From the sequence record SRR20825006_2064: a stretch of 20,000 nt of DNA. The stretch is one strand, 5' to 3'. Below are positions 7,874 through 17,311 of the stretch, piece by piece. Both the position numbers and the translations under genes were made by a program. A model generated the notes under the pieces. It was not told the origin of the DNA and made no database searches. It saw only the letters and a list, made by a program, of their open reading frames with translations. Every line of letters starts with the position of its first letter. Position 1 is the stretch's first letter.

Positions 7874-9102
7874 CACTGCTTGCCACATTTATGATTGCTA
7901 TTGAGGCGTTGCGGCTCAACGCGTTGCGTACTGCTCTGGCTATGCTTGGTATTATCATCGGTGTTGCAGCGGTCATCACTATGGCCTCAATTTCCACTGG
8001 CGCATCAAAACGGGTGGAAGAGCATATCTCAAGTCTGGGTACCAATCTTTTGATAGCGCGACCGGGCTCCAACCGTTCTGGCGGAAGGCGCGGCGGTGCG
8101 GGCACGAGCGAATCCTTCAGTGAAAAGGACGTGACAGCAATCAGAAACAATGTGGCTGACATCGCCGCAATATCTGGTGTGGTTAACGCCTCTGGTGCGG
8201 TTGTTTACGGCAATAACAACTGGCAAACCGGCGTGCAGGGAGTACATGCGGATTTTCATATTGTGCGGGCTTGGGAGGTTGCCAGTGGTGTTCCGCTCAC
8301 CAACGAGGATGTCAGCCGCAAAACCAAGGTTGCGGTCATTGGCCAAACTGTAGCGGAAGAACTATTCGGCAGCCAGTCCCCGCTTGGAGAGCGTATCCGC
8401 ATCAAAAACATCCCCTTTGAAGTGATTGGCGTTTTGGCTGAAAAGGGCCAGTCAGGCATGGGACGTGATCAGGACGACACAATTCTTGTGCCTATTTCAA
8501 CTGCCCGTACCCGGCTTGTGGGGCGGGAAGGGTCGGTGGCTGAACCGGTGCAGATGATGTATATTTCCGTACGCGAGGGCGCGGATATGGCACTCGTGCA
8601 GGAGGACGTCGAGACGCTTTTGATGCAGCGGCGTAAAGTGAAACCCGGTGCTCAGGCAAATTTTGACGTACGCAATATGTCCGAATTTATCGAGGCACGC
8701 ACAGCCACTCAAAAAACCATGGGCATGTTGCTGGCTACCTCTGCTGCCATTTCCCTCGTGGTTGGCGGTATTGGTATTATGAATATCATGCTGGTGTCAG
8801 TGACGGAGCGCACCCGTGAAATTGGTTTGCGCATGGCCGTGGGCGCACGCGGGCGGGATATCCTGATCCAGTTTCTGGTGGAGGCGATAACGCTTTGTCT
8901 GGTTGGCGGCATGATTGGGCTGGCCGTCGGAGCAGGGTGCTCAGGCCTGGTGGCGCATTATGCGGACTGGCCGGTGTTGATGGACCCTGTGTATATAGCA
9001 CTTGCGCTAGCAGGTTCCGCAACTGTCGGGCTATTCTTCGGATTTTATCCTGCGCGGCGTGCATCACGCCTTAATCCGATAGACGCATTACGGTACGAAT
9101 AG
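7870..9102 (+). CDS. MacB-type ABC transporter permease (MacB_PCD + FtsX)
   Basis: RTALAMLGIIIGVAAVI, ISLVVGGIGIMNIMLVSVTERTREIGLRMAVGA, FGFYPARRASRLNPIDALRYE. Confidence 0.96.
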   Translation: MTLLATFMIAIEALRLNALRTALAMLGIIIGVAAVITMASISTGASKRVEEHISSLGTNLLIARPGSNRSGGRRGGAGTSESFSEKDVTAIRNNVADIAAISGVVNASGAVVYGNNNWQTGVQGVHADFHIVRAWEVASGVPLTNEDVSRKTKVAVIGQTVAEELFGSQSPLGERIRIKNIPFEVIGVLAEKGQSGMGRDQDDTILVPISTARTRLVGREGSVAEPVQMMYISVREGADMALVQEDVETLLMQRRKVKPGAQANFDVRNMSEFIEARTATQKTMGMLLATSAAISLVVGGIGIMNIMLVSVTERTREIGLRMAVGARGRDILIQFLVEAITLCLVGGMIGLAVGAGCSGLVAHYADWPVLMDPVYIALALAGSATVGLFFGFYPARRASRLNPIDALRYE

Positions 9103-9117
9103 AAATACAGCTCTCAT

Positions 9118-9153
9118 AAAAAGCCCACCTCCATTACTGTGGGGATGGGCTTT
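9118..9153. terminator. Probable bidirectional terminator between the convergent permease and fabH genes
   Basis: AAAAAGCCCA-cctccattactgtgggga-TGGGCTTT: inverted arms flanked by A and T runs. Confidence 0.7.
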
Positions 9154-9176
9154 CTGTGTCTGTCTGGTCTATTCGC

Positions 9177-10307
9177 TTAGAGCTTCTCTACCATCAAGCT
9201 GCCGATGGAATAGCCCGCGCCGAAGGAGCAGATGATGCCCTTGTCGCCAGCCTTGAGGTCGTCCCGATGTTTGTGGAAGGCAACAACCGAGCCTGCGCCC
9301 GCTGTGTTGCCATATTCGTCCAGCACGGTTGGAGCTTCAGATGCACTAGGCTCACGTCCTAGAAGCTTCTTGGCGGCATACATATTCATGTTGATGTTGG
9401 CCTGGTGCAGCCACATGCGGCTCAGGTCTTCAACCTTGAGGCCATCGCCTTCAAGCTGGCTTGAGATAAAGCCCGTTACGAGCGGCAGCAGTTCCTTGAA
9501 TACCTTGCGGCCTTCCTGCACGAAGAACATGTCGTCGCGCAGCATGCTGTCGTCATCAAGGCGGGTCATTGGGCCATAATGAGAGCGAATATTGCTGGAG
9601 AACTGGGTTTCCGCTTTGGTGCCAGTGACTTTCCAGAGATCCTTGCCTTTTGCGATATCAGCGCGCTCCAGCACGACGGCTGTGGCGATATCGCCGAAAA
9701 TGAAGTGGCTGTCCCGGTCCCGGAAGTTGACCATGGTAGAGAAGATCTCCGGATTGACCATGAGGATACGGTCTGCAGTACCACATTTGATGGCATTCAC
9801 GGCTGCAATCAGGCCATAGGTAGCGCTTGAGCAACCCATGACCATATCAAGCGCTGAGCCGGACGTGCCAAGGTGATGCTGCACTTCAATGCCGATGGCA
9901 GGGAAGTAGCGCTGTAAAACGGCGGCAGAACAAATAATCTGGTCAATCTCGTCCGCGCTGACGCCCGCTTGCGCCATGGCTTCCTTGCCAGCTTCAATTG
10001 CCATATGGGCCTGGAAACAGGCATGGTCCTGGTCGCCGTGTCCGCCCTCAGGCATTTTGGACATCATGCGGTCAAGGTCCATCACGCCTTTAACGTCCAC
10101 AAGGTGACGCGCTTTGATGCCCGACGCTTTCTCGATAAACTCGGCACTGGAATGCTGCTTTGGAGGCAGGAGGCCTGCGTCAATGTCCGCCTTATGGTGG
10201 GCGTTATACTGGTCAACATATTCGTTGAATGTTTTTACCAGCTCTTCGTTTGTAATTCGGTTAGGCGGTACATAAAGACCCGTTCCCGAAATAACTACAT
10301 CGACCAT
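9177..10307 (-). CDS. Beta-ketoacyl-ACP synthase III (FabH family, PA3286-like subgroup)
   Basis: Cys-His-Asn triad in MGCSSATYG, WLHQAN and YGNTAG. Also VISGTGLY..ITNEELV, FIEKASGIKAR, DRDSHFIFGD and CSFGAGYS. ATG at 10307 (MVDVVISG) with GAGG upstream is preferred over 10415. Confidence 0.93.
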   Translation of the reverse strand: MVDVVISGTGLYVPPNRITNEELVKTFNEYVDQYNAHHKADIDAGLLPPKQHSSAEFIEKASGIKARHLVDVKGVMDLDRMMSKMPEGGHGDQDHACFQAHMAIEAGKEAMAQAGVSADEIDQIICSAAVLQRYFPAIGIEVQHHLGTSGSALDMVMGCSSATYGLIAAVNAIKCGTADRILMVNPEIFSTMVNFRDRDSHFIFGDIATAVVLERADIAKGKDLWKVTGTKAETQFSSNIRSHYGPMTRLDDDSMLRDDMFFVQEGRKVFKELLPLVTGFISSQLEGDGLKVEDLSRMWLHQANINMNMYAAKKLLGREPSASEAPTVLDEYGNTAGAGSVVAFHKHRDDLKAGDKGIICSFGAGYSIGSLMVEKL

Positions 10308-10492
10308 GCCAAACTTTTCCTCAATTCCGATACCGACAGCAGGCTCGAATATGACGGGCCTGTTACAATGGGGGCTCAGATATACTGCCTTTTTTCCCAT
10401 CCGCCAACCAATCATTGGCGGAATATCTGCTATGCAAAAAATGGCTTAGTTTTCTGTAGGATGCCTTAAATCGCTGTGCTAACTCTCAGGCT

Positions 10493-11227
10493 ATGTCGAT
10501 CTGGGGAAAAATAATTGGTGGCACGGCAGGGCTTGCTATTGGTGGGCCCTTGGGGGCTTTGCTTGGTCTTGCCGCTGGCGCAGCGCTTGATGCGGGCGTT
10601 GATGCAGGTAGCCGCACTAGCGATGCAACCCGCCATGTAACCTTCACGATTGGTGTGATCGCGCTTGCTGCCAAAATGGCGAAAGCAGACGGACAGGTCA
10701 CTCGGGAAGAAGTGGATGCCTTCAAGCAGGTTTTCCGCGTGCCTCCTGAGGAAATGCGTAACGTAGGGCGCGTTTTTGACATGGCCCGCCAGCATACTGC
10801 AGGCTTTGACGCTTATGCTAAACAGATTGCCGACCTGATGCGAGGCAACAAAACGGTGCTTGATGATCTTCTGGAAGCGTTGTTTTTTATCGCAAAAGCA
10901 GACGGCGAGGTTCATCCCAATGAGCTCGACTATATTCGCGCTGTTGCACAAATTTTTGGATACTCGAAGCAGGAAATTGCCTCGCTGGTACATCGCCATG
11001 TTGGGGCCGACCCCAATTGCCCTTATGGTGTCCTTGGTGTTGACCCCAAGATCGGGGATCAGGAACTGAAATCACACTACCGCAAGCTTGTGCGGGAAAC
11101 CCATCCAGACCGTTTGATTGCAGAAGGGGTGCCCAACGATTTTATCGCTGTGGCGACCCGGCGCGCGGCGGAGATCAACGCCGCATATGATCAAATCGTG
11201 GCAGAGCGGAAGAGGGTTAACGCATGA
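10493..11227 (+). CDS. djlA: DjlA-like co-chaperone (N-terminal TM/Gly zipper, TerB-like domain, C-terminal J domain)
   Basis: MSIWGKIIGG..GGPLGALLG, ALAAKMAKADG, IAKADG, PYGVLG, YRKLVRETHPD (HPD motif), INAAYD. Confidence 0.88.
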   Translation: MSIWGKIIGGTAGLAIGGPLGALLGLAAGAALDAGVDAGSRTSDATRHVTFTIGVIALAAKMAKADGQVTREEVDAFKQVFRVPPEEMRNVGRVFDMARQHTAGFDAYAKQIADLMRGNKTVLDDLLEALFFIAKADGEVHPNELDYIRAVAQIFGYSKQEIASLVHRHVGADPNCPYGVLGVDPKIGDQELKSHYRKLVRETHPDRLIAEGVPNDFIAVATRRAAEINAAYDQIVAERKRVNA

Positions 11228-12120
11228 AGCTGCTAGATATCCTTCTGGTCATCCTTATCGCGGTTGTTTGGGGCGTTAATTTTGTCGCGGTCAAATATGC
11301 GGTGGCGGACCTGTCGCCCATGGTGGCCAACTGTGTACGGTTCATCGCGGTTGTTATCGTTCTTATGCCGTTTCTCCGTATTGTACCGGGCCGGATGGCG
11401 GATTTGGCGCTGGCGGCGGTAGTTCTTGGTGTTGTTCACTTCGGCGCGGTTTTCTGGGCGATGGAGCTATCAGACGGTGTTGGTTCTGTTGCTATCGCTT
11501 CCCAGCTCAACGTTCCCTTTTCCACAATTCTTGCGGTGGTTATTCTGCGCGAAACCGTTGGCTGGAAACGGGTCGCCGGTATAGCGCTTAGTTTCCTGGG
11601 GGTGCTCGCACTGGGGCTTGACCCAACCGTGTTCGACTATTGGGAAGGTTTGCTGATGATGACCTTCGCGGCGCTCATGTATTCGGTTTCTGCCATATTG
11701 ATGCGACGGCTTAAGGATGTGCGCGCGGTGACCACACAGGCCTGGGTTGGTGTAGCGGGAGTTATTGGGTCAGCTATACTCTCGTTTCTCTTCGAAGACG
11801 GCCAGGTCGAGATGGTCAAAAACGCTGGCCTGATGGCATGGCTTGGGGTGCTTTATAGCGGGATCGGATCGTCTGTTATCGGACATGGCGGCGCCAATTA
11901 TCTGCTAAGAAAATACGAAGTTTCCGTCGTGTCCCCTTATTTCTTGATGACACCTGTTGCAGCTGTGCTTGCGGGTATCTGGATCATGAATGAGGAATTT
12001 ACCTGGCGCATGGCACTCGGCGGTGCGTTGACGCTTCTCGGTGTGCTGATTGTGACACTGCGTAACAACGCGCGGTCAACCAAAGTAGCAGAGATCGGGG
12101 AGGACCGCGCGGCGGTCTAG
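11224..12120 (+). CDS. DMT/EamA family transporter
   Basis: About 10 TM helices, VWGVNFVAVK, QLNVPFSTILAVVILRE, VVSPYFLMTPV. ATGA overlap with djlA. Confidence 0.93.
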   Translation: MKLLDILLVILIAVVWGVNFVAVKYAVADLSPMVANCVRFIAVVIVLMPFLRIVPGRMADLALAAVVLGVVHFGAVFWAMELSDGVGSVAIASQLNVPFSTILAVVILRETVGWKRVAGIALSFLGVLALGLDPTVFDYWEGLLMMTFAALMYSVSAILMRRLKDVRAVTTQAWVGVAGVIGSAILSFLFEDGQVEMVKNAGLMAWLGVLYSGIGSSVIGHGGANYLLRKYEVSVVSPYFLMTPVAAVLAGIWIMNEEFTWRMALGGALTLLGVLIVTLRNNARSTKVAEIGEDRAAV

Positions 12121-12126
12121 CAGTTG

Positions 12127-12873
12127 ATGAAGGATGCTATCCATACCCCGTCCCCCAACTGGAATGAGCGCCCCGGCGGCACCTGTATTGATACTGTTGT
12201 TATTCACTACACCGGCATGCAAAGCGGCGAAGCAGCGCTTCGGCGGCTTTGTGACCCTAAAGCAGAGGTGTCTGCACATTATCTGATTGAAGAGGACGGG
12301 CGCCTTTTCCAACTGGTGGATGAAGAGAAGCGGGCATGGCACGCAGGCGTTTCAAGCTGGCGGGGACAGGATAATATAAACCATAATTCTATCGGGATTG
12401 AGCTGGTTAATCCGGGGCATGAGTTTGGCTATCGCCCGTTTCCAGAGCCACAGATTGAGCGTTTGATATCGCTTCTGTCTCATCTCAAATCATGCTATAA
12501 TATAACAGTAAATGGTTTTGTTGGTCATAGTGATATCGCGCCGGGCCGCAAGCTGGACCCAGGTCCGCTTTTCCCGTGGAAAAAGCTTGCGGAGAACGGT
12601 TTTGGGCTGTGGCCAAGGTGCGACGGGAAGAATTCGAGCAAGGTGATGATGCATGGTCAAGAAAATGTCCCAAAAAGCGACTATGTCATCAAGCTTAACA
12701 AACAATTAGGTATCGTTGGATATCATTTAGGTGACATTCAGAGTTTCAACGCCACGCATCAGTCTGTAGTTCGTGCCTTCCAGGCGCATTGGCGGCCTGA
12801 GACCGTATCCGGCCTTGTTGATATTGGCACCGTCATGGTGCTTGAAGATATCGCAGGGCAGATACGCCAATAG
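12127..12873 (+). CDS. N-acetylmuramoyl-L-alanine amidase (Amidase_2, AmpD/AmiD-like) with C-terminal PG-binding-like region
   Basis: SPNWNER, VIHYT, VSAHYLI, RAWHAGVSSW, SIGIELVN, GHSDIAPGRKLDPG, RAFQAHWRP..VSG..D. Confidence 0.95.
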   Translation: MKDAIHTPSPNWNERPGGTCIDTVVIHYTGMQSGEAALRRLCDPKAEVSAHYLIEEDGRLFQLVDEEKRAWHAGVSSWRGQDNINHNSIGIELVNPGHEFGYRPFPEPQIERLISLLSHLKSCYNITVNGFVGHSDIAPGRKLDPGPLFPWKKLAENGFGLWPRCDGKNSSKVMMHGQENVPKSDYVIKLNKQLGIVGYHLGDIQSFNATHQSVVRAFQAHWRPETVSGLVDIGTVMVLEDIAGQIRQ

Positions 12874-12883
12874 GGGAAAGTAT

Positions 12884-14089
12884 ATGAAAACGTTGCTTCT
12901 TTCGACCGCTCTGACAGTGTTTGCGAGCCCGGTTTTTGCACAAAGCCCGACCGTCGGGACCGAGCACCGACCCAACGAGCATACTGTCGCCTGCCTTGAG
13001 GCACCGACACGGGACTGTGCGTTTACGGCTGCGTTACAGACGGTTATTAACGAAGAGTTTGGTATTGAGCGCGCGAAGGTTCTTATTGGTGTTGCCCGGT
13101 CAATGATCGACACAGGGCAGATAGACCAAGCGAAGCAGACGTTGATGCTGGCGCTTGATGAAGCTCGTTCTGTACGTTTGACGCTGGTAACGCAGGAAAA
13201 GATTACGGAAATTGCGCCTCTTATGGCTCGTGCCGGTGATGTGGCAGCAGGTCTCGCACTTGTGGAAGAATTGCAGAACGAATCGATTAAAGACACAACG
13301 CTGACCGAAATCGCTGAAGAGGCTATCAAATCTGGCCAGTTGGCGGATGCCCGGGTGGCGCTTGCGCAAGTGTCCAACCGCTCCAAAGCGTTTTGGCGAG
13401 AGCTTAGCCTTTTATCCCGCGCACCGCGGGCTGCACTGGCTGCAGTGAACCTCAAAGATCTGGAGGTGGGCGTTCGTGCGTTGGAGCGGATAGATCAACA
13501 GTATCGTGGACTTGTGCAGTTGGCAGTTGTCGCTGACAGAAAAGGTGATGCAGCAGAACGGAATGGCTATCTCACGGAAGCTGACGAAATGTTTTCCGGC
13601 GTCATTGGCATTGGAACCCGTGCTGACGTAACCGCTCAACGGGTACGGACAATGTATGACGCAGGCATGGACCCGGCGTTTGTTCGTACCAGCTATGACC
13701 TCGCTATCCTGCACGGAGACCGCTTGCGCGAAGAAGCTTCTCAGGCGGACTTTGCCTCCAAGATTGGTGCGGTAGAAGCAGGGATCGGCTATCTGGATGC
13801 TGCGCTTGACCGGCTCTCTACCTTCAAACAAGTAGACGCCAAGGCGACATACCTCTCCTCCCTCCGTACCACCAGCGGTCAAGAGGAACTGGCTGGCCAG
13901 TTCCGTGACGTTCTCAGCGAAGTTGGACAGGTTCAGGGCGCGTATGAGCGCGATATCGTGCGCCTGTCCCTTCTTGAGGGTGCGCTGGGTAATGCAGACA
14001 TTAATCTGGCTCGTAACATCGTGCGCACGATTGAGGATGATGATAACCAGGCCTTGGCTCTGGCGCTCATGGCGCCGTTGCTCGATTAG
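12884..14089 (+). CDS. Secreted hypothetical protein, all-alpha with TPR/HEAT-like repeats
   Basis: ATG at 12884 follows GGGGAAAG. Signal peptide MKTLLLSTALTVFASPVFA-Q, a Cys pair (CLEAPTRDC), and recurrent 'L..IA...A..G....A' helices. Confidence 0.8.
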   Translation: MKTLLLSTALTVFASPVFAQSPTVGTEHRPNEHTVACLEAPTRDCAFTAALQTVINEEFGIERAKVLIGVARSMIDTGQIDQAKQTLMLALDEARSVRLTLVTQEKITEIAPLMARAGDVAAGLALVEELQNESIKDTTLTEIAEEAIKSGQLADARVALAQVSNRSKAFWRELSLLSRAPRAALAAVNLKDLEVGVRALERIDQQYRGLVQLAVVADRKGDAAERNGYLTEADEMFSGVIGIGTRADVTAQRVRTMYDAGMDPAFVRTSYDLAILHGDRLREEASQADFASKIGAVEAGIGYLDAALDRLSTFKQVDAKATYLSSLRTTSGQEELAGQFRDVLSEVGQVQGAYERDIVRLSLLEGALGNADINLARNIVRTIEDDDNQALALALMAPLLD

Positions 14090-14110
14090 GCTAGACTTCA
14101 CACCTGAAAT

Positions 14111-14140
14111 GAAAGGCTGGCGCATTTGCCAGCCTTTTTA
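14111..14140. terminator. Bidirectional terminator between convergent genes
   Basis: AAAGGCTGGC-gcattt-GCCAGCCTTT followed by TTA. Confidence 0.85.
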
Positions 14141-14144
14141 TGGT

Positions 14145-17100
14145 TTATCCCTCTTGGGCCGCCGCGTCTGCCCGTGCTTTGGCCGAACCTTCGCCAGGAG
14201 CGGTGACTGCCCTGCGGCGGGTAAGCCACAGGAAAGCCGCTGGCGCGTAGTAGAAGCTCACAATCATCGAGAGGAAAGCGCCACCGGCCATTGCCACGGC
14301 AAACGGTGGCCAGAAGGCGCCACCCGCCAGAATGAGCGGGGTGAAGCCCCCAACTGTTGTGATGGTGGTGGAAACAATATGGCGGCCGGTTTTCATCACT
14401 CCTTCAACCACTGCATCTTCGTTGCCCGCACGCGCCTTAGGCATGCCGCGAAGCTCAGACAGGATAACGATAGCCGCGTTGATGGCGAGGCCGACAAGCC
14501 CCATCAGGCCAAAGATCACCACAAAGCTGAGCGGATACCCAAAAAACCACAGGGAGAATAGCCCGAGCCCTGCCGCTTGAACGGCCGCTGCAAAGGTAAC
14601 GAAAGCCATGCGGAAGCTATTGAACGTAAGCACGATGGCCAGCAGCATCAGCACGAGCAACAGGCCGACGGTGCCAAACAGTTGACCAACCGCCTCATTG
14701 CGCTCTTCGCTTTCGCCGCCAAACTCTACCTTATAGCCGGGTGGGATTTGAAGGTCAGCTTTATCAAGCTCACGCAGCATGGCCTGGAAGGCCACTTCCG
14801 GCAGTACGTCAAAGTCCAGATACGCCATTACCTTGTTCATGCGCACGCTGTTGTAATGCTCGATCGTGCCGACCTTCGTGGACAGTTTGACGTCGGCGAC
14901 GGCCGAGACCGGTATATCAGAGAAGGACCGGTCTTGCTCCCGCCCTGAATTTGGTGCGAGCAGGCTCATGTTGGCGATGGAGTTGGTATCCTGCCAGTTT
15001 GCGCGGTCAGCGATCACTTTAACGGGCACCTGCTGGGTTTCTTCAATCACATAGGTGGCCGTAATGCCTGTGGTAAGCGCTTGCAGTTGGCTCTCAACCT
15101 GCTTGAGCGTCAGGCCGGTGACAGACACGTCGTCCTCCCGGGCTTCAACCGTTACCATCGGCCTGCCAGCCTTAAGGGTCATGCGCGTGATGGTCACGTT
15201 TGGCAGCCTGCTTAAAATGGCTCGTATATCTTCGCCGATGCGCTCAAGGGTGGCGAGATCAGGGCCGAGTACACGCACTTCAATAGGGGCTGAGATAGGC
15301 GGCCCGGTACCAAACTCGCGCACAAGCACAATCGCTTCTGGAAGCGTCTCGGTTAGCTCCGCTTGCAGACGGGGGATCATGTCCGGAATCTGGTTGAAGT
15401 GCTCAACAGTGACCACACCAACACCTGCGTTCACGAGGCCGTCGGTCTGAGCAATCATGGCATAATAGAATTTTGCAGGCCGGGTACCAATAAACCAGTG
15501 GGAGCTTTGGATGGCATCCTCCCTCTCAAGCCGCTTTTGCACCATCTCAACCGCTTTTTGAGTTTCCTCAATGGCGGTTTGTGCGGGCATATAAAGCTCG
15601 ATACGGAACTGGTTACGGTCACTGGTCGGGAAAAACTGTTCTGTCAGCTGCCCTGCAAGCACAAAGCCAAGAACGGGGATGGTGGTTGCCACGACCATTG
15701 AGCGGATCGGATAGCGAACCGACCACTGAAGGCTTTTCTTGAAACGGCTTGAAAGCCATTCGGCGTCTACACCGTCACGCCACCACACTCGCTTGATATG
15801 AGCAGCAGGGTCGCCACCCGGCGCACGGCCTTCAACCACCCGCCCCGCAACCGCCGAGATGATTGTGAAGGCAATGACGTAAGACGCGATCAGGGACGCA
15901 ATCACTGCAGCCGGAACACCTAGGAGGAAGTCACCGGCATTGCCGGGCATCAGCACAAGCGGCATGAAGGCAATGATGGTTGTCATGGTTGAACCAAGAA
16001 GAGGCAGCCATAGTTTACGAACAGTTCGCGCCACAGCGACGGACCGGCGAACGCCCTGAAGGCGTAGCTGTTGAATTTCATCTGTTATAACGATGGCGTT
16101 GTCCACCATGATGCCCAGCGCCACGATAAGCCCGGTTACCAATACCTGCTGAATGCGGAGGCCCATCATATGGGTCATGGCGAGGGCCGCTAAGATCGTG
16201 AGCGGCAGGATGGAGGCAGATACAAGCGATGCACGCCAGCCAAGCGATATCAGGAGCACGACAAGCACCACAAGCGCACCCTCGGCCAGATTGCCCATCA
16301 GGCCATGCAGGCGTTCGTCAGCGTAATCACTTTGGTCAAAAATTCGGTCCAGATGCACGGAGGAAGGCAGTGTGCCCCGCATTTCTTCCATGATGCTGCC
16401 AACCTGGGCTGACCAGGCATCAACCCTGCTGTCCTCGAACATGCGCACCGCAATCACCACACCGTAGTGACCGTCAAGGTAGGCCAGCTTGCTTGGGGGG
16501 TCGTCAAAGCCGCGTTCAATGACAGCAACGTCACCAAGCCTCAGGCTCGCGCCGCTTTCATCAAGCCCCAGCGGAATGCGCCGAATACGGGCAAGGTTAT
16601 CAATTGCGCCGGAAACCTGCACCACCATGCGGTTTTCACCGTTTGATACAACGCCGGCTGCACCGCGTGCATCTGAACCCTGAATGCGGGCTGCGACATC
16701 TGCCATGGTAAGGCCATAGGCTGCCAGTTCCGCGTCATCTACCGCGACGCGGATTTCTTCCTGCGGCAAGCCTATAATGTCCACGAAGTCCGTACCGGCT
16801 AGGTTGCGGATTTTGCTTTCGATCTCACGGGCATGACGACCAAGGATAGCATAGTTGATCGGGGTGTCTGCGTGCCATGTCAGTGACAGGATCGCGGAGT
16901 GTGCATAGATGCGTGTGTCAGAGAAATCTGGTGCACTGGAACCTGCCGGCAGGTCTGTTACCTCAGACACTTTGTCACGCAGCCGGGCGGTAATGGGCTT
17001 CGCATCATCCACGCGGTCTTCAAGCTCAATGGTAATGAGCGATACACCGGGGTTGGATACGCTTCGTACCGTTTTAACTTCAGGCACTTCGCGTATCTTG

Positions 17101-17300
17101 CCTTCAAGTTTTTCGGTGATCTCGGCTTCTACCCGCTCGGCGTCAGCACCGGGGTATAGCGTGGTAACCTGAACGATCCGGCTTTCCATATGCGGATCTT
17201 CAAGCTTGGGCATGTTGAAGAAACTGTTGAACCCCGCAATAACGATGAGAAGCAGGATGAGCCAGACCACGCGCGGGTGGTTATAAAGGGAGCCTTGCAT
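14145..17300 (-). CDS. RND efflux transporter permease (AcrB/AcrD/AcrF family)
   Basis: 1051 aa. MPKLEDP, YPGADAERVE..ITEKLE, GIMVDNAIV, STMTTIIAFMPL, QFFPTSDR, FGGESEE, RHIVSTTITT, FWPPFAVAMAGG. Confidence 0.95.
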   Translation of the reverse strand: MQGSLYNHPRVVWLILLLIVIAGFNSFFNMPKLEDPHMESRIVQVTTLYPGADAERVEAEITEKLEGKIREVPEVKTVRSVSNPGVSLITIELEDRVDDAKPITARLRDKVSEVTDLPAGSSAPDFSDTRIYAHSAILSLTWHADTPINYAILGRHAREIESKIRNLAGTDFVDIIGLPQEEIRVAVDDAELAAYGLTMADVAARIQGSDARGAAGVVSNGENRMVVQVSGAIDNLARIRRIPLGLDESGASLRLGDVAVIERGFDDPPSKLAYLDGHYGVVIAVRMFEDSRVDAWSAQVGSIMEEMRGTLPSSVHLDRIFDQSDYADERLHGLMGNLAEGALVVLVVLLISLGWRASLVSASILPLTILAALAMTHMMGLRIQQVLVTGLIVALGIMVDNAIVITDEIQQLRLQGVRRSVAVARTVRKLWLPLLGSTMTTIIAFMPLVLMPGNAGDFLLGVPAAVIASLIASYVIAFTIISAVAGRVVEGRAPGGDPAAHIKRVWWRDGVDAEWLSSRFKKSLQWSVRYPIRSMVVATTIPVLGFVLAGQLTEQFFPTSDRNQFRIELYMPAQTAIEETQKAVEMVQKRLEREDAIQSSHWFIGTRPAKFYYAMIAQTDGLVNAGVGVVTVEHFNQIPDMIPRLQAELTETLPEAIVLVREFGTGPPISAPIEVRVLGPDLATLERIGEDIRAILSRLPNVTITRMTLKAGRPMVTVEAREDDVSVTGLTLKQVESQLQALTTGITATYVIEETQQVPVKVIADRANWQDTNSIANMSLLAPNSGREQDRSFSDIPVSAVADVKLSTKVGTIEHYNSVRMNKVMAYLDFDVLPEVAFQAMLRELDKADLQIPPGYKVEFGGESEERNEAVGQLFGTVGLLLVLMLLAIVLTFNSFRMAFVTFAAAVQAAGLGLFSLWFFGYPLSFVVIFGLMGLVGLAINAAIVILSELRGMPKARAGNEDAVVEGVMKTGRHIVSTTITTVGGFTPLILAGGAFWPPFAVAMAGGAFLSMIVSFYYAPAAFLWLTRRRAVTAPGEGSAKARADAAAQEG

Positions 17301-17311
17301 CTATGCCTCCC

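Noticed and set aside
10493-11227. TerB-like domain as evidence of a tellurite-resistance or anti-phage ter cluster
   Set aside because: It is the usual TerB-like plus J-domain architecture of DjlA and no other ter genes are present.
12727-14561. Long alternative ORFs (12727-13455 minus, 13412-14125 minus, 13905-14561 plus)
   Set aside because: They are antisense or off-frame shadows of well-supported genes, with no recognisable motifs, and one crosses a terminator.
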